A stretch of DNA of 64,000 bases from Candidatus Limnocylindria bacterium. GTDB lineage: Bacteria > Chloroflexota > Limnocylindria > QHBO01. The translations under genes were made by a program, and so were the position numbers. The DNA lies in assembly GCA_038322875.1 (NCBI GenBank), contig JBBQGI010000003.1, positions 820 to 64,819 of the forward strand. The letters are read 5' to 3'. Within the stretch, counting starts at the first letter, position 1; each line of letters starts with the position of its first letter. Below the pieces are notes generated by a model. That model made no database searches, was not told the origin of the DNA, and saw only the letters and a program-made list of their open reading frames with translations. This document shows, one piece after another, positions 56,107-64,000 of this stretch.

Positions 56107-57519
56107 ATGCAGGCATCGGCGCCGGAGGGGGATTGGGACCGCGCCAGCGCGGAGTGCGTGGAGCAGCTGCAGGCGTTGATCCGGATCCCGAGCGTCAATC
56201 CGCCCGGCGTCCCAGACGGTGCAGGGGGGCGAGATTCGACCGGCGCGGAAACCGCGGCGGCCGCGTACTGCGCGGAGGTCCTTGGTTCGGAAGGCATCGC
56301 CGCCGATGTGCTGGAGCCGGTCCCCGGACGCGGCTCCTGCTTCGCCCGCCTCGCGGCGACGGTGGCCGATCCCGAGCCGCCGCTCGTGCTCCTCTCCCAT
56401 ATCGACGTGGTGCCGGTCGACCTCGAATCTTGGAGCCATGACCCTTTCGGCGGAGAGCTGATCGACGGCGTGATCTGGGGTCGTGGCGCGGTCGACATGA
56501 AGGACATGGTCGCGATGGAGCTGGGCGTGATGCTGGCGCTGGCCCGGTCCGGCGGCGAGCGGCGTCGGGAGGTCATCTTCGCCGCTCTTGCGGATGAGGA
56601 GGCGGGCGGCATGTTCGGAGCGCTGCATTGGGTGCAGACCCGCCCCGAGCTGTTCGCTGACTCGCAGGGCCGCCCGGCCGCAGCGGCGCTCAACGAGGTC
56701 GGCGGCTATTCGATGACGGTCGGGGGTCAGCGTGTCTACACCATCCAGGTGGCCGAGAAGGGGATCGCTTGGACCCGCATGACCACCACCGGAACGACCG
56801 GACACGGATCGATGCCGCATCCCGACAACGCCGCCATCAAGCTGGCCGAGGCCGTGACGCGCCTGGCAGCGACGATCCAGCCGATGCGGATCACGCCGGT
56901 GGTCGACGCGTTCTTGGTCGCTCTCGGCCTGGATGCGGTGGCGGACCGGGTGCGGGCCGGAGATGAGGACGGGGCATTCGCCGCCATGGATGCCGTGGTG
57001 GACGACCCGGTCCTGCGCCGCTCGCTGGCGGCGATGCTCCGCGACACGGTCACGCCCAACATGATCCATTCGGGCAAGAAGATGAACGTCATCCCCGGCA
57101 GCGGCGAAGCCGAGATCGACGTCCGGACATTGCCCGGCACCGACCAGGAGGCGCTCCTGGCCCAGATGCAGGCGACCGTCGGTGAGCTGGCGCGGGTCGA
57201 GCCGGTCCTGCTCATGCCGCCGACCGAGGCGCCGGCCGATGCTCCGATCGTGGACCTCATGCGCCGGGCACTGCTCGACGCGGACCCCGAGGCGCTGGCG
57301 GCGCCGATGATGATCACGCCGGGGACCGACGCGAAGGCGCTGGCCCTGCTCGGCATCCCGACCTACGGCTTTGCTCCGCTGCAACTGTCGCCGGAGATGC
57401 CGTTCCTCTCGCTCTTCCACGGCCATGACGAGCGGATTCCGGTGAGCGCCATCCGCTTCGGCCTGCCAGTGCTCTACGACGTGGTGAGCCGCTTCTTGCG
57501 CGACCCGGAGCCCTCCTGA
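56107..57519 (+). CDS. M20 family metallopeptidase (ArgE/DapE/ACY1-like)
   Basis: HIDVVP, GAVDMK(D)M, EEAGG motifs. Confidence 0.8.
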   Translation: MQASAPEGDWDRASAECVEQLQALIRIPSVNPPGVPDGAGGRDSTGAETAAAAYCAEVLGSEGIAADVLEPVPGRGSCFARLAATVADPEPPLVLLSHIDVVPVDLESWSHDPFGGELIDGVIWGRGAVDMKDMVAMELGVMLALARSGGERRREVIFAALADEEAGGMFGALHWVQTRPELFADSQGRPAAAALNEVGGYSMTVGGQRVYTIQVAEKGIAWTRMTTTGTTGHGSMPHPDNAAIKLAEAVTRLAATIQPMRITPVVDAFLVALGLDAVADRVRAGDEDGAFAAMDAVVDDPVLRRSLAAMLRDTVTPNMIHSGKKMNVIPGSGEAEIDVRTLPGTDQEALLAQMQATVGELARVEPVLLMPPTEAPADAPIVDLMRRALLDADPEALAAPMMITPGTDAKALALLGIPTYGFAPLQLSPEMPFLSLFHGHDERIPVSAIRFGLPVLYDVVSRFLRDPEPS

Positions 57520-57573
57520 GCGGCGATTCGAGCGTGCTCGGCTATACTCGCGCCCAAATCAACTGACTGGCCG

Positions 57574-58575
57574 ATGCGCATGACCGACGATACCGACCTC
57601 ACCGATCCGGCCTCCCCGACCCCCGCCCACGCCTTCGTGTTTCCCGGGCAGGGCTCGCAGTACGTGGGGATGGGAGCCGCCCTGCTCGAGCGCTCCCCCG
57701 CCGCAGCGGCGGTGATGGAGCGCGCCGACGCCGCAATCGGCTTCGCTCTGTCCCGCCTCATCGCCGAGGGGCCGGCCGAGGAGCTCGACCTCACGGTCAA
57801 CGCCCAGCCGGCGATCCTGGCGACGAGCGTCGCCTACCTCGAGGCGATGCGGGCCGAGGCGCTCGATGCGGGTGTCGAGCTGAAGCCGCTGCGGGTGGCC
57901 GGGCATTCTGCCGGCCAATACGCAGCCGCCGTGGCCGCCGACGCGATCGACTTCGAGACGGCGATCAGTCTCGTCCGCGAGCGAGGCCGGATCATGCAGG
58001 AGCGTGGCATCGAGGGCGGCATGGGCGCCGTCATCGGCCTGACCGATGCGCAGGTGCACGAGGTCGTCGAGGCCGCTCGTGAGCACGGTGAGATCGGCGT
58101 CGCCAACGCCAATGCCCCCGGCCAGATCGTCCTCTCAGGGGTGATCCCTGCCCTCGCGTTCGCGCTCGAGCTGAGCAAGACGGTCGGCGCTCGCAAGGCC
58201 GTGCGACTCGCGGTGAGCGTGGCCAGTCACTCGCCGCTGATGCGGCGTGCGCGTGACGAGTTCAGCCAGATCCTGGCCAAGGTGCCGTTCCGCGAGCCGC
58301 GCGTGCCGATGCTCGGCAACGTGCATGCCACGGTGATCCGCACCGCTGACGGGCTGCGCCGCGAGCTCTCCGAGCACCTCGTCCACGGCGTCCAGTGGAC
58401 CGAGACGGTGCGCCGCATGGCCGCCGACGGGGTCACGGACTTCGTCGAGATCGGACCCGGGCGCGTGCTCAGTGGCCTGATCAAGCGGATCGCGCCGGAG
58501 GCGCGCACGCATGCGCTCGACGCGCCTGGGGACGGCGCGCTGTGGCTGCCCGGCTCGACCGAGGAGCCCGCGTGA
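57574..58575 (+). CDS. fabD: ACP S-malonyltransferase
   Basis: FPGQGSQ and GHSAGQ active-site motifs. Confidence 0.9.
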   Translation: MRMTDDTDLTDPASPTPAHAFVFPGQGSQYVGMGAALLERSPAAAAVMERADAAIGFALSRLIAEGPAEELDLTVNAQPAILATSVAYLEAMRAEALDAGVELKPLRVAGHSAGQYAAAVAADAIDFETAISLVRERGRIMQERGIEGGMGAVIGLTDAQVHEVVEAAREHGEIGVANANAPGQIVLSGVIPALAFALELSKTVGARKAVRLAVSVASHSPLMRRARDEFSQILAKVPFREPRVPMLGNVHATVIRTADGLRRELSEHLVHGVQWTETVRRMAADGVTDFVEIGPGRVLSGLIKRIAPEARTHALDAPGDGALWLPGSTEEPA

Positions 58576-59855
58576 CCCCTCGGCGCGTGGTCGTCACCGG
58601 CATCGGCGTCGTGTCACCGGTCGGCATCGGTGCCGACGTCTCGTGGGATGCGCTCGTGGCGGGTCGTTCGGGCATCGCGGACATCACGCTCTTTGACACG
58701 ACCGACTATCCGATCCACGTCGCGGGCGAGGTGAAGGGCTTCGACGCCACCCAGTACATGGATGGCCCCGACGTGCGCCGCCACGACCGCAACACGCATT
58801 TCGCGGTGGCGGCCGCCGGCGAGGCGCTGCGCGAGGCAGGCCTCCTGAACGCCGAAGGGACGCTCGACGTCGCCCAGGCCGATCCGGACCGCTTCGGGAT
58901 GATCGTGGGCACCGCGATCGGCGGGATTGGCATGATCGCCGACGGGCTGGCCACGATCCGCGATCGCGGCCCTGGCCGGGTCTCGCCGTTCCTGCTGCCC
59001 CATATGATCCCGGACGCCGCCTCGGGGATGGTCGCCATCCAGTACGGCCTCCGCGGACCGAATCTCGCCGTGGTGAGCGCCTGCGCCACCGGCGGCCATG
59101 CCATCGGCGAGGCGATGGAGACGATCGTGCGCGGCCAGGCCGACCTGATGCTGGGAGCGGGGACGGAGGCGGTCATCGTGCCGATCGCGTTCGCCGGCTT
59201 CGGCCAGATGCGGGCGCTCGGCTCGCCGATCGATCCGGATACCGGAGCCTATGACCCGACCGTCGCGTCACGCCCCTTCGACCTCACCCGGAACGGCTTC
59301 GTCGTCTCCGAGGGAAGCGCCGTGCTCGTGCTCGAGGAGCTCGGCCACGCCCTGGCCCGCGGCGTGACGCCCATCGCCGAGGTGATCGGCTACGGATCGT
59401 CGTCCGACGCCTTCCACATGGCCGCTCCGGCCGAGAGTGGCGAAGGGAGCCAGCGCTCCATGCGCGCGGCGCTGACACGGGCCGGCATTGGCCCGGAGGC
59501 GGTCGACTACGTCAACGCTCACGGGACAAGCACGCCGCTCAACGACCGCTTCGAGTCGTTCGCCATCAGCACCGTCTTCGGCGAGCATGCCGCGCGCCTG
59601 GCGGTCAGCTCCAGCAAGAGCATGACCGGCCACATGATGGGCGCGGCAGGGGCATTCGAGGCCTTCGTGTGCGCCCGCGTGGTGCAGACCGGCTGCATCC
59701 CGCCGACCATCAACTACCGCCATCCCGACCCGGAGCTGACGCTCGACTACGTGCCGAACACCGCCCGTCAGACCGACAGCCGTGTCGCGCTCTCCAATTC
59801 GATGGGTCTGGGCGGGCATAACAGCACGCTGATCCTGAGCCGGGTCGAGGCGTGA
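58572..59855 (+). CDS. fabF: 3-oxoacyl-ACP synthase II
   Basis: KAS active-site Cys (VSACATG), His-His (AHGTSTPLND, GHMMGAAG); GTGA overlap with fabD. Confidence 0.9.
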   Translation: MTPRRVVVTGIGVVSPVGIGADVSWDALVAGRSGIADITLFDTTDYPIHVAGEVKGFDATQYMDGPDVRRHDRNTHFAVAAAGEALREAGLLNAEGTLDVAQADPDRFGMIVGTAIGGIGMIADGLATIRDRGPGRVSPFLLPHMIPDAASGMVAIQYGLRGPNLAVVSACATGGHAIGEAMETIVRGQADLMLGAGTEAVIVPIAFAGFGQMRALGSPIDPDTGAYDPTVASRPFDLTRNGFVVSEGSAVLVLEELGHALARGVTPIAEVIGYGSSSDAFHMAAPAESGEGSQRSMRAALTRAGIGPEAVDYVNAHGTSTPLNDRFESFAISTVFGEHAARLAVSSSKSMTGHMMGAAGAFEAFVCARVVQTGCIPPTINYRHPDPELTLDYVPNTARQTDSRVALSNSMGLGGHNSTLILSRVEA

Positions 59856-59865
59856 GCCGCAGCCG

Positions 59866-61125
59866 ATGAGCCGCGATGCCGCACGCCGGGCCGTCGTGAC
59901 GGGGCTCGGCGCGATCACACCCATCGGCAACGACGCCGACACCTTCTGGCGCAACCTGCTGGCCGGCACCAGTGGGGTGGGGCCGATCACCGCCTATGAC
60001 CCCGCTGGCGAGGAGGTGCGCATCGCGGCCGAGGTCAAGGGCTTCGACGCTGCCACCTGGATCGACTTCAAGCAGGCGCGGCGCATGAGCCGATTCAGCC
60101 AGTTTGCGGTCGCCGCCGCGGCCCAGGCGATCGAGGACGGCGGGCTCACGATCACCGATGCGAACCGCGACGAGATCGGCGTCATCGTGAACACCGGCGG
60201 GGGCGGCATCGGTGACGTGGCGATGGGCGAGCGGACATTCCTGGAGCAGGGTGGCAAGCGCGTCAGTCCCTTCATGGTGCCGATGCTCTCCCCCTCCATG
60301 GCGGCCTGCCAGATCAGTATCCAGAACCGCCTGCGCGGGCCGGTGATCGCGTCCGTGGCGGCCTGCGCCTCGGGGGTGCAGGCCCTGATCGACGCGCAGC
60401 GCCTGATCGAGCACGGCGACGTCGAGGTGGTGCTCGCCGGCGGGACGGAGAGCGCGATCCTGCCGGTCGCCTTTGCCGCCCTGGCCAACATGGGTGCGCT
60501 GTCGAAGCGCAACGACGACCCGGCCGGTGCCTCCCGGCCCTTCGACGCCGAACGCGATGGGTTCGTCTTCGGTGAGGGCGCCGCGGTCCTCCTGGTCGAG
60601 TCGGCGGAGCACGCCGAGCGACGCGGGGCGCGCATCATCGCCGAGGTGGCGGGCGGGGCCATGACCGGCGATGCGTTCCACATCAGCGCCCCCGATCCGA
60701 CCGGCGAAGGGGCGGCACGGGCCATGGTCAAAGCACTTCGCGACGCCGGCGTCGAGCTCGAGGAGGTCGACTACGTGGCGGCGCACGGGACCAGCACATC
60801 GCTCAATGACGCCACGGAGACGAAGGCGATCCATGCTGCCTTCGGCACGCACGCCGCCAAGCTGGCGGTGAGCAGCAACAAGAGCATGGTCGGGCACACC
60901 CTCGGCGCCGCCGGTGCCATCTCGGCCCTGGCCGCGGTCTGCACCATTCGCGATGGGAAGATCGCGCCGACCATCAACTACCGGACGCCCGATCCAGCCT
61001 GCGACCTGGACTACGTCCCCAACACCGCCCGCAGCGCTACCGTGCGCACGGCGATCGTCAATGGCTTCGGGTTCGGCGGGCAGAACGCGGTCGCCGTCTT
61101 CCGGCGCTACGAGGCGGCCGGCTAG
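59866..61125 (+). CDS. 3-oxoacyl-ACP synthase II paralog
   Basis: Second complete KAS with Cys (AACASG) and both His motifs; 10 nt after fabF. Confidence 0.85.
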   Translation: MSRDAARRAVVTGLGAITPIGNDADTFWRNLLAGTSGVGPITAYDPAGEEVRIAAEVKGFDAATWIDFKQARRMSRFSQFAVAAAAQAIEDGGLTITDANRDEIGVIVNTGGGGIGDVAMGERTFLEQGGKRVSPFMVPMLSPSMAACQISIQNRLRGPVIASVAACASGVQALIDAQRLIEHGDVEVVLAGGTESAILPVAFAALANMGALSKRNDDPAGASRPFDAERDGFVFGEGAAVLLVESAEHAERRGARIIAEVAGGAMTGDAFHISAPDPTGEGAARAMVKALRDAGVELEEVDYVAAHGTSTSLNDATETKAIHAAFGTHAAKLAVSSNKSMVGHTLGAAGAISALAAVCTIRDGKIAPTINYRTPDPACDLDYVPNTARSATVRTAIVNGFGFGGQNAVAVFRRYEAAG

Positions 61126-61721
61126 GGCTCGTCGCCGGTCACGTACAGCTCCGGCTCGAAGCGCGGCCCCCGCCCCGGCAGCGAGGCGACCCAGTCGCGC
61201 AGGGCGCTCTCCGCGGTGGTGAAGGCCAGCTCGTCCCACGGGATCTCATCCGGTCCGAAGTCGCGCACCTCGGAGGTCTCGGCGCCGGGCAGCGCCTTAC
61301 CCCCCACGACATCGGCCTCATAGATGAGGGTGACGACGCCGGCATACGGACGCGAGTAGGCGCCGATCAGGCGGCCGACCTCGACGCGCAGCTGGGTCTC
61401 CTCTTCCGTCTCGCGTCGCGCTCCCTCCTGGGCCGCCTCGCCGATCTCAAGGAAGCCGCCGGGGTAGGTCCAGCGGCCGGCCCCCGGCTCGATCGAGCGG
61501 CGCGCGAGGTACACGCGTCCCGAGAGGACCGGCAGCGTGCCGACCACGAGGCGCGGGTTACGCCAGGTGACGTGGCCGTCGGGACAGACGAGGCGCGGCC
61601 GATGATCCTCCTCCAGCACCTGCGCGACCAGGCCCTGGCCGCAGGCCGGGCAGTACGCCGGCTCCTCGCCGAGGGTGAGCGGGTAGAACGAGCTGGCGTC
61701 GCGTTGCGGCATCTCGTGCAT
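61122..61721 (-). CDS. NUDIX hydrolase with N-terminal zinc ribbon (NudC-like NADH pyrophosphatase)
   Basis: CPACG...CPDGH ribbon; Nudix box GGFLEIGEAAQEGARRETEEETQL. Confidence 0.75.
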   Translation of the reverse strand: MHEMPQRDASSFYPLTLGEEPAYCPACGQGLVAQVLEEDHRPRLVCPDGHVTWRNPRLVVGTLPVLSGRVYLARRSIEPGAGRWTYPGGFLEIGEAAQEGARRETEEETQLRVEVGRLIGAYSRPYAGVVTLIYEADVVGGKALPGAETSEVRDFGPDEIPWDELAFTTAESALRDWVASLPGRGPRFEPELYVTGDEP

Positions 61722-61741
61722 GGTAGCCAGCGGGTGGCACA

Positions 61742-63583
61742 ATGCGGCGCAGTGCCCACCTCCGAAGGCCCTCGGTGACCGTCGCGACACTGCCCGCCCA
61801 GCCGGGACCCTTCGCCGTCTTCCGGAATCGCGGATTCGTCTACCTATGGACCGGGCAGCTCGTCTCGACGATCGGTGACGCGCTCACCTCGTTGGCCGCC
61901 GGCATCATCGTTTTCCGGGAGACCGACTCGGTCCTGAGCGTCGGCCTGATGCTCATGGTCTCGGCGGCGCCAACCCTGGTCTTCGGCCTGATCGCCGGGG
62001 TCTTCGTGGATCGCTTCGACCGCAAGGCGATCATGATCGTCACCGTCGTCCTGCAGGCCGCCCTGGTGGCCTCCATCCCCTTCCTGATCAGCGAGGGGAA
62101 CTCGGTCTTCTGGCTCTACGTCATCGTGCTGCTCTCGTCATCGGTCAGGCAATTCTTCGACCCGGCCAACGACAGCGTACTGCCCGAGGTGGCGAGCGAC
62201 GATGAGCTGGCCGCCGCCAACTCGATGATGGCGATCGCCCAGTTCGGATCGACCGCGATCGGCTTCGCCGTGGCAGGGCTGCTGGCCGGAGTCTCGGTCG
62301 AGGCGGTCTTCTTCATCGATGCCGGCACCTTCCTGTTCGCCGGCCTCCTGATCGGCCTCGTGCGCATCCCACGGGTGGCGGTCGAGGAGAAGGCGAACGT
62401 GCGGGACATCTTCGCCAACCTCGCGGTGGGCGCCAGATTCATTCTCGGGACACCGATCCTCCGCTCGTTCACGTTGGTGCGCATCCCGGTGATGATCATC
62501 TTCGGCCTGCAGAACGTGCTGCTCCTCCCCTTCGCACTGAGCGTCCTCCGCGCGACCGAGTTCGAATACGGGCTCCAGGAGGGGATCACCTCGGTTGGCT
62601 TCGTGGTCGGCAGCCTTGCGATGGCGCACTATGCCGATCGGCTGCGAGAGGCGAACTGGATCATCCTGAGCTTCCTCGGCATGGGATTTGCGGGGGTCGC
62701 CTACGCCGTCACCTCGAACATCTGGGTGGCGATCGGATTGATCGGGATCTCCGGCGTCCTCAACGCCCCCTCCTATGTCGCCGGGCGGCTCATCAACCAG
62801 CGCAACACCCCGCGCGAGATGCGCGGACGGGTCTTCAGCACCAATTACGTCATCCGGGACGTCTTCTACCTGGGCGGGATGGGCCTGGCCGGACTGGCCG
62901 ATGTGGTCGATGTGCGGATCCTCTTTGCCGCCAGCTCGCTCGTGCTGATCGCTGTCTCGCTGCTCGGCGCCCTGCTGCCGGGGATCGGCCAGCCGGCTGC
63001 TGAATGGCGCCGGACGCTGGCGCTGCTGCGGGGCGCAGCCGCCGCGCCGTCGGTAGGCGCGGGACGACCCGCCACGGCCGACGACGTCGAAGCGCTGGGG
63101 CGCCATATTCCCGCCCTGGCCGGGATGCCACAGCGCGACCGAGACGCTCTGATCCGCACCGGTCGCGTGCTGGATGCCAATGCCGGCACCGCCGTCACCC
63201 GCACCGGCGAGGCCGGCGACAGCGCCTTCTTCGTGCTCGGTGGACGCCTGGTCGCCGGCCGGACGAGCAGCGAAGGCGAATACCACGCATTCTCCGCGAT
63301 GACCGCCGGTGACGTGTTCGGCGAGATCGGGGCCCTGACCGGCAGCCAGCGCACCGCCGACGTGGTGGCCGAGGAGCCGAGCACGCTCCTGCAGGTTCCC
63401 GCCGGGACGCTCAAGCAGCTGATGGCGCTGCCCCAGTTCGGCCCCCTGGTCCTGGGCAAGATGCAGGAGCGCCTGGCCCGTTCGACCACGATCGGCGACC
63501 TGCCGCGCTTCGGCGGCGTTGACCACGGCGCCCTGCGACAGATGCGCGCGGAGTCTGCGACACCGGAGGAGGCCGGAGCCTAG
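61742..63583 (+). CDS. MFS transporter fused to a C-terminal cyclic-nucleotide-binding (CAP_ED) domain
   Basis: 12 TM MFS core followed by a cNMP-binding fold (FFVLGGRLVAG...GDVFGEIGALTGSQRTADVVA). Confidence 0.75.
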   Translation: MRRSAHLRRPSVTVATLPAQPGPFAVFRNRGFVYLWTGQLVSTIGDALTSLAAGIIVFRETDSVLSVGLMLMVSAAPTLVFGLIAGVFVDRFDRKAIMIVTVVLQAALVASIPFLISEGNSVFWLYVIVLLSSSVRQFFDPANDSVLPEVASDDELAAANSMMAIAQFGSTAIGFAVAGLLAGVSVEAVFFIDAGTFLFAGLLIGLVRIPRVAVEEKANVRDIFANLAVGARFILGTPILRSFTLVRIPVMIIFGLQNVLLLPFALSVLRATEFEYGLQEGITSVGFVVGSLAMAHYADRLREANWIILSFLGMGFAGVAYAVTSNIWVAIGLIGISGVLNAPSYVAGRLINQRNTPREMRGRVFSTNYVIRDVFYLGGMGLAGLADVVDVRILFAASSLVLIAVSLLGALLPGIGQPAAEWRRTLALLRGAAAAPSVGAGRPATADDVEALGRHIPALAGMPQRDRDALIRTGRVLDANAGTAVTRTGEAGDSAFFVLGGRLVAGRTSSEGEYHAFSAMTAGDVFGEIGALTGSQRTADVVAEEPSTLLQVPAGTLKQLMALPQFGPLVLGKMQERLARSTTIGDLPRFGGVDHGALRQMRAESATPEEAGA

Positions 63584-63615
63584 GCCGAAGCGGGCGTGGC
63601 TACAATGCCGATCCC

Positions 63616-64000
63616 ATGCAGCCGATTCGCCTCTACAACTCCCTCACCCGCAGCGTGGATGCGCTCGCTCCGATCGTCCCCGGCCGCGTCGGCATCTACA
63701 CCTGCGGCAGCACGGTCTACCGCTACGCCCACATCGGCAACCTGCGGACGTACCTCTTCGGCGACCTGCTGCGAAGAACGCTCAGCTACCTGGGTTACGA
63801 GGTCGTCTACGTCAAGAACATCACCGATGTCGGGCACATGCGCCATGACCTGACCGACACCGGCGAGGACCGCATGGAGCAGGCTGCCATCGACCAGGGG
63901 AAGAGCCCGACCGAGATCGCCGATTTCTACACGGCGGCGTGGCTCGACGACGAGGACGCCATCAACATCCTGCCGGCCGACGCCATGCCGAAGGCGACCG
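63616..64000 (+). CDS. cysS: cysteine--tRNA ligase (5' partial; runs off the window)
   Basis: IYTCGSTVYRYAHIGNLRTY (class I HIGH region of CysRS); no stop before the window end. Confidence 0.85.
   Translation, partial: MQPIRLYNSLTRSVDALAPIVPGRVGIYTCGSTVYRYAHIGNLRTYLFGDLLRRTLSYLGYEVVYVKNITDVGHMRHDLTDTGEDRMEQAAIDQGKSPTEIADFYTAAWLDDEDAINILPADAMPKAT

Overview
This is a 64 kb window from a high-GC bacterial chromosome (about 68-72% GC by eye; no GC calculation was run). Features consistent with an Actinobacteria-like, possibly Chloroflexi-like, lineage: Rho with an Arg-rich N-terminal extension, an F420-type LLM oxidoreductase, DUF4232 repeats, lipobox lipoproteins, and an ImuA'/ImuB cassette behind a GAAC-N4-GTTC LexA box. 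Most of the window is dense core and housekeeping content: ECF sigma/anti-sigma pair, tandem dienelactone hydrolases, MFS transporters, two tRNA-Ala genes, leuS, comEA-comEC-holA, rsfS-nadD-obg, cell-wall hydrolases, rho, pyrG, ubiA-like, psuK-psuG, agmatinase, moaD-moaE fusion, ALDH/Rieske operon, fabD-fabF-fabF', nudC-like, and partial cysS. Many adjacent genes are coupled by 4-nt ATGA/GTGA/TTGA stop-start overlaps. The outstanding region is a lower-GC accessory segment, judged by eye, of about 19.1-27.8 kb between leuS and comEA, which are normally neighbours. (1) A ~4.9 kb insert lies directly after the leuS stop and is followed by a diverged ~0.6 kb duplicate of the leuS 3' end, the signature of site-specific integration into the leuS 3' end. 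No integrase was found. It carries a single minus-strand operon: pro-alpha-lytic-protease-like S1 peptidase, small membrane protein, Tat-signal protein plus PGRP-type amidase, a MauE/MauD-like thiol-oxidoreductase pair, and a lipoprotein. This looks like a secreted bacteriolytic module with its own oxidative-folding system. (2) A second lower-GC block carries an ABC-2 exporter divergent from a small Cys-rich secreted protein and a lipoprotein, which is bacteriocin/toxin-like. Other notable points: an SOS-box-controlled imuA'-imuB operon without dnaE2 that also carries reductases; an unusual repeat/inverted-repeat element in the imuA-imuB spacer; a probable CTG start for rsfS; a frameshifted GNAT gene; a MerR-ArsC/LMW-PTP fusion regulator; and an MFS-cNMP-binding fusion transporter. 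No CRISPR arrays, rRNA genes, integrases or transposases were detected.
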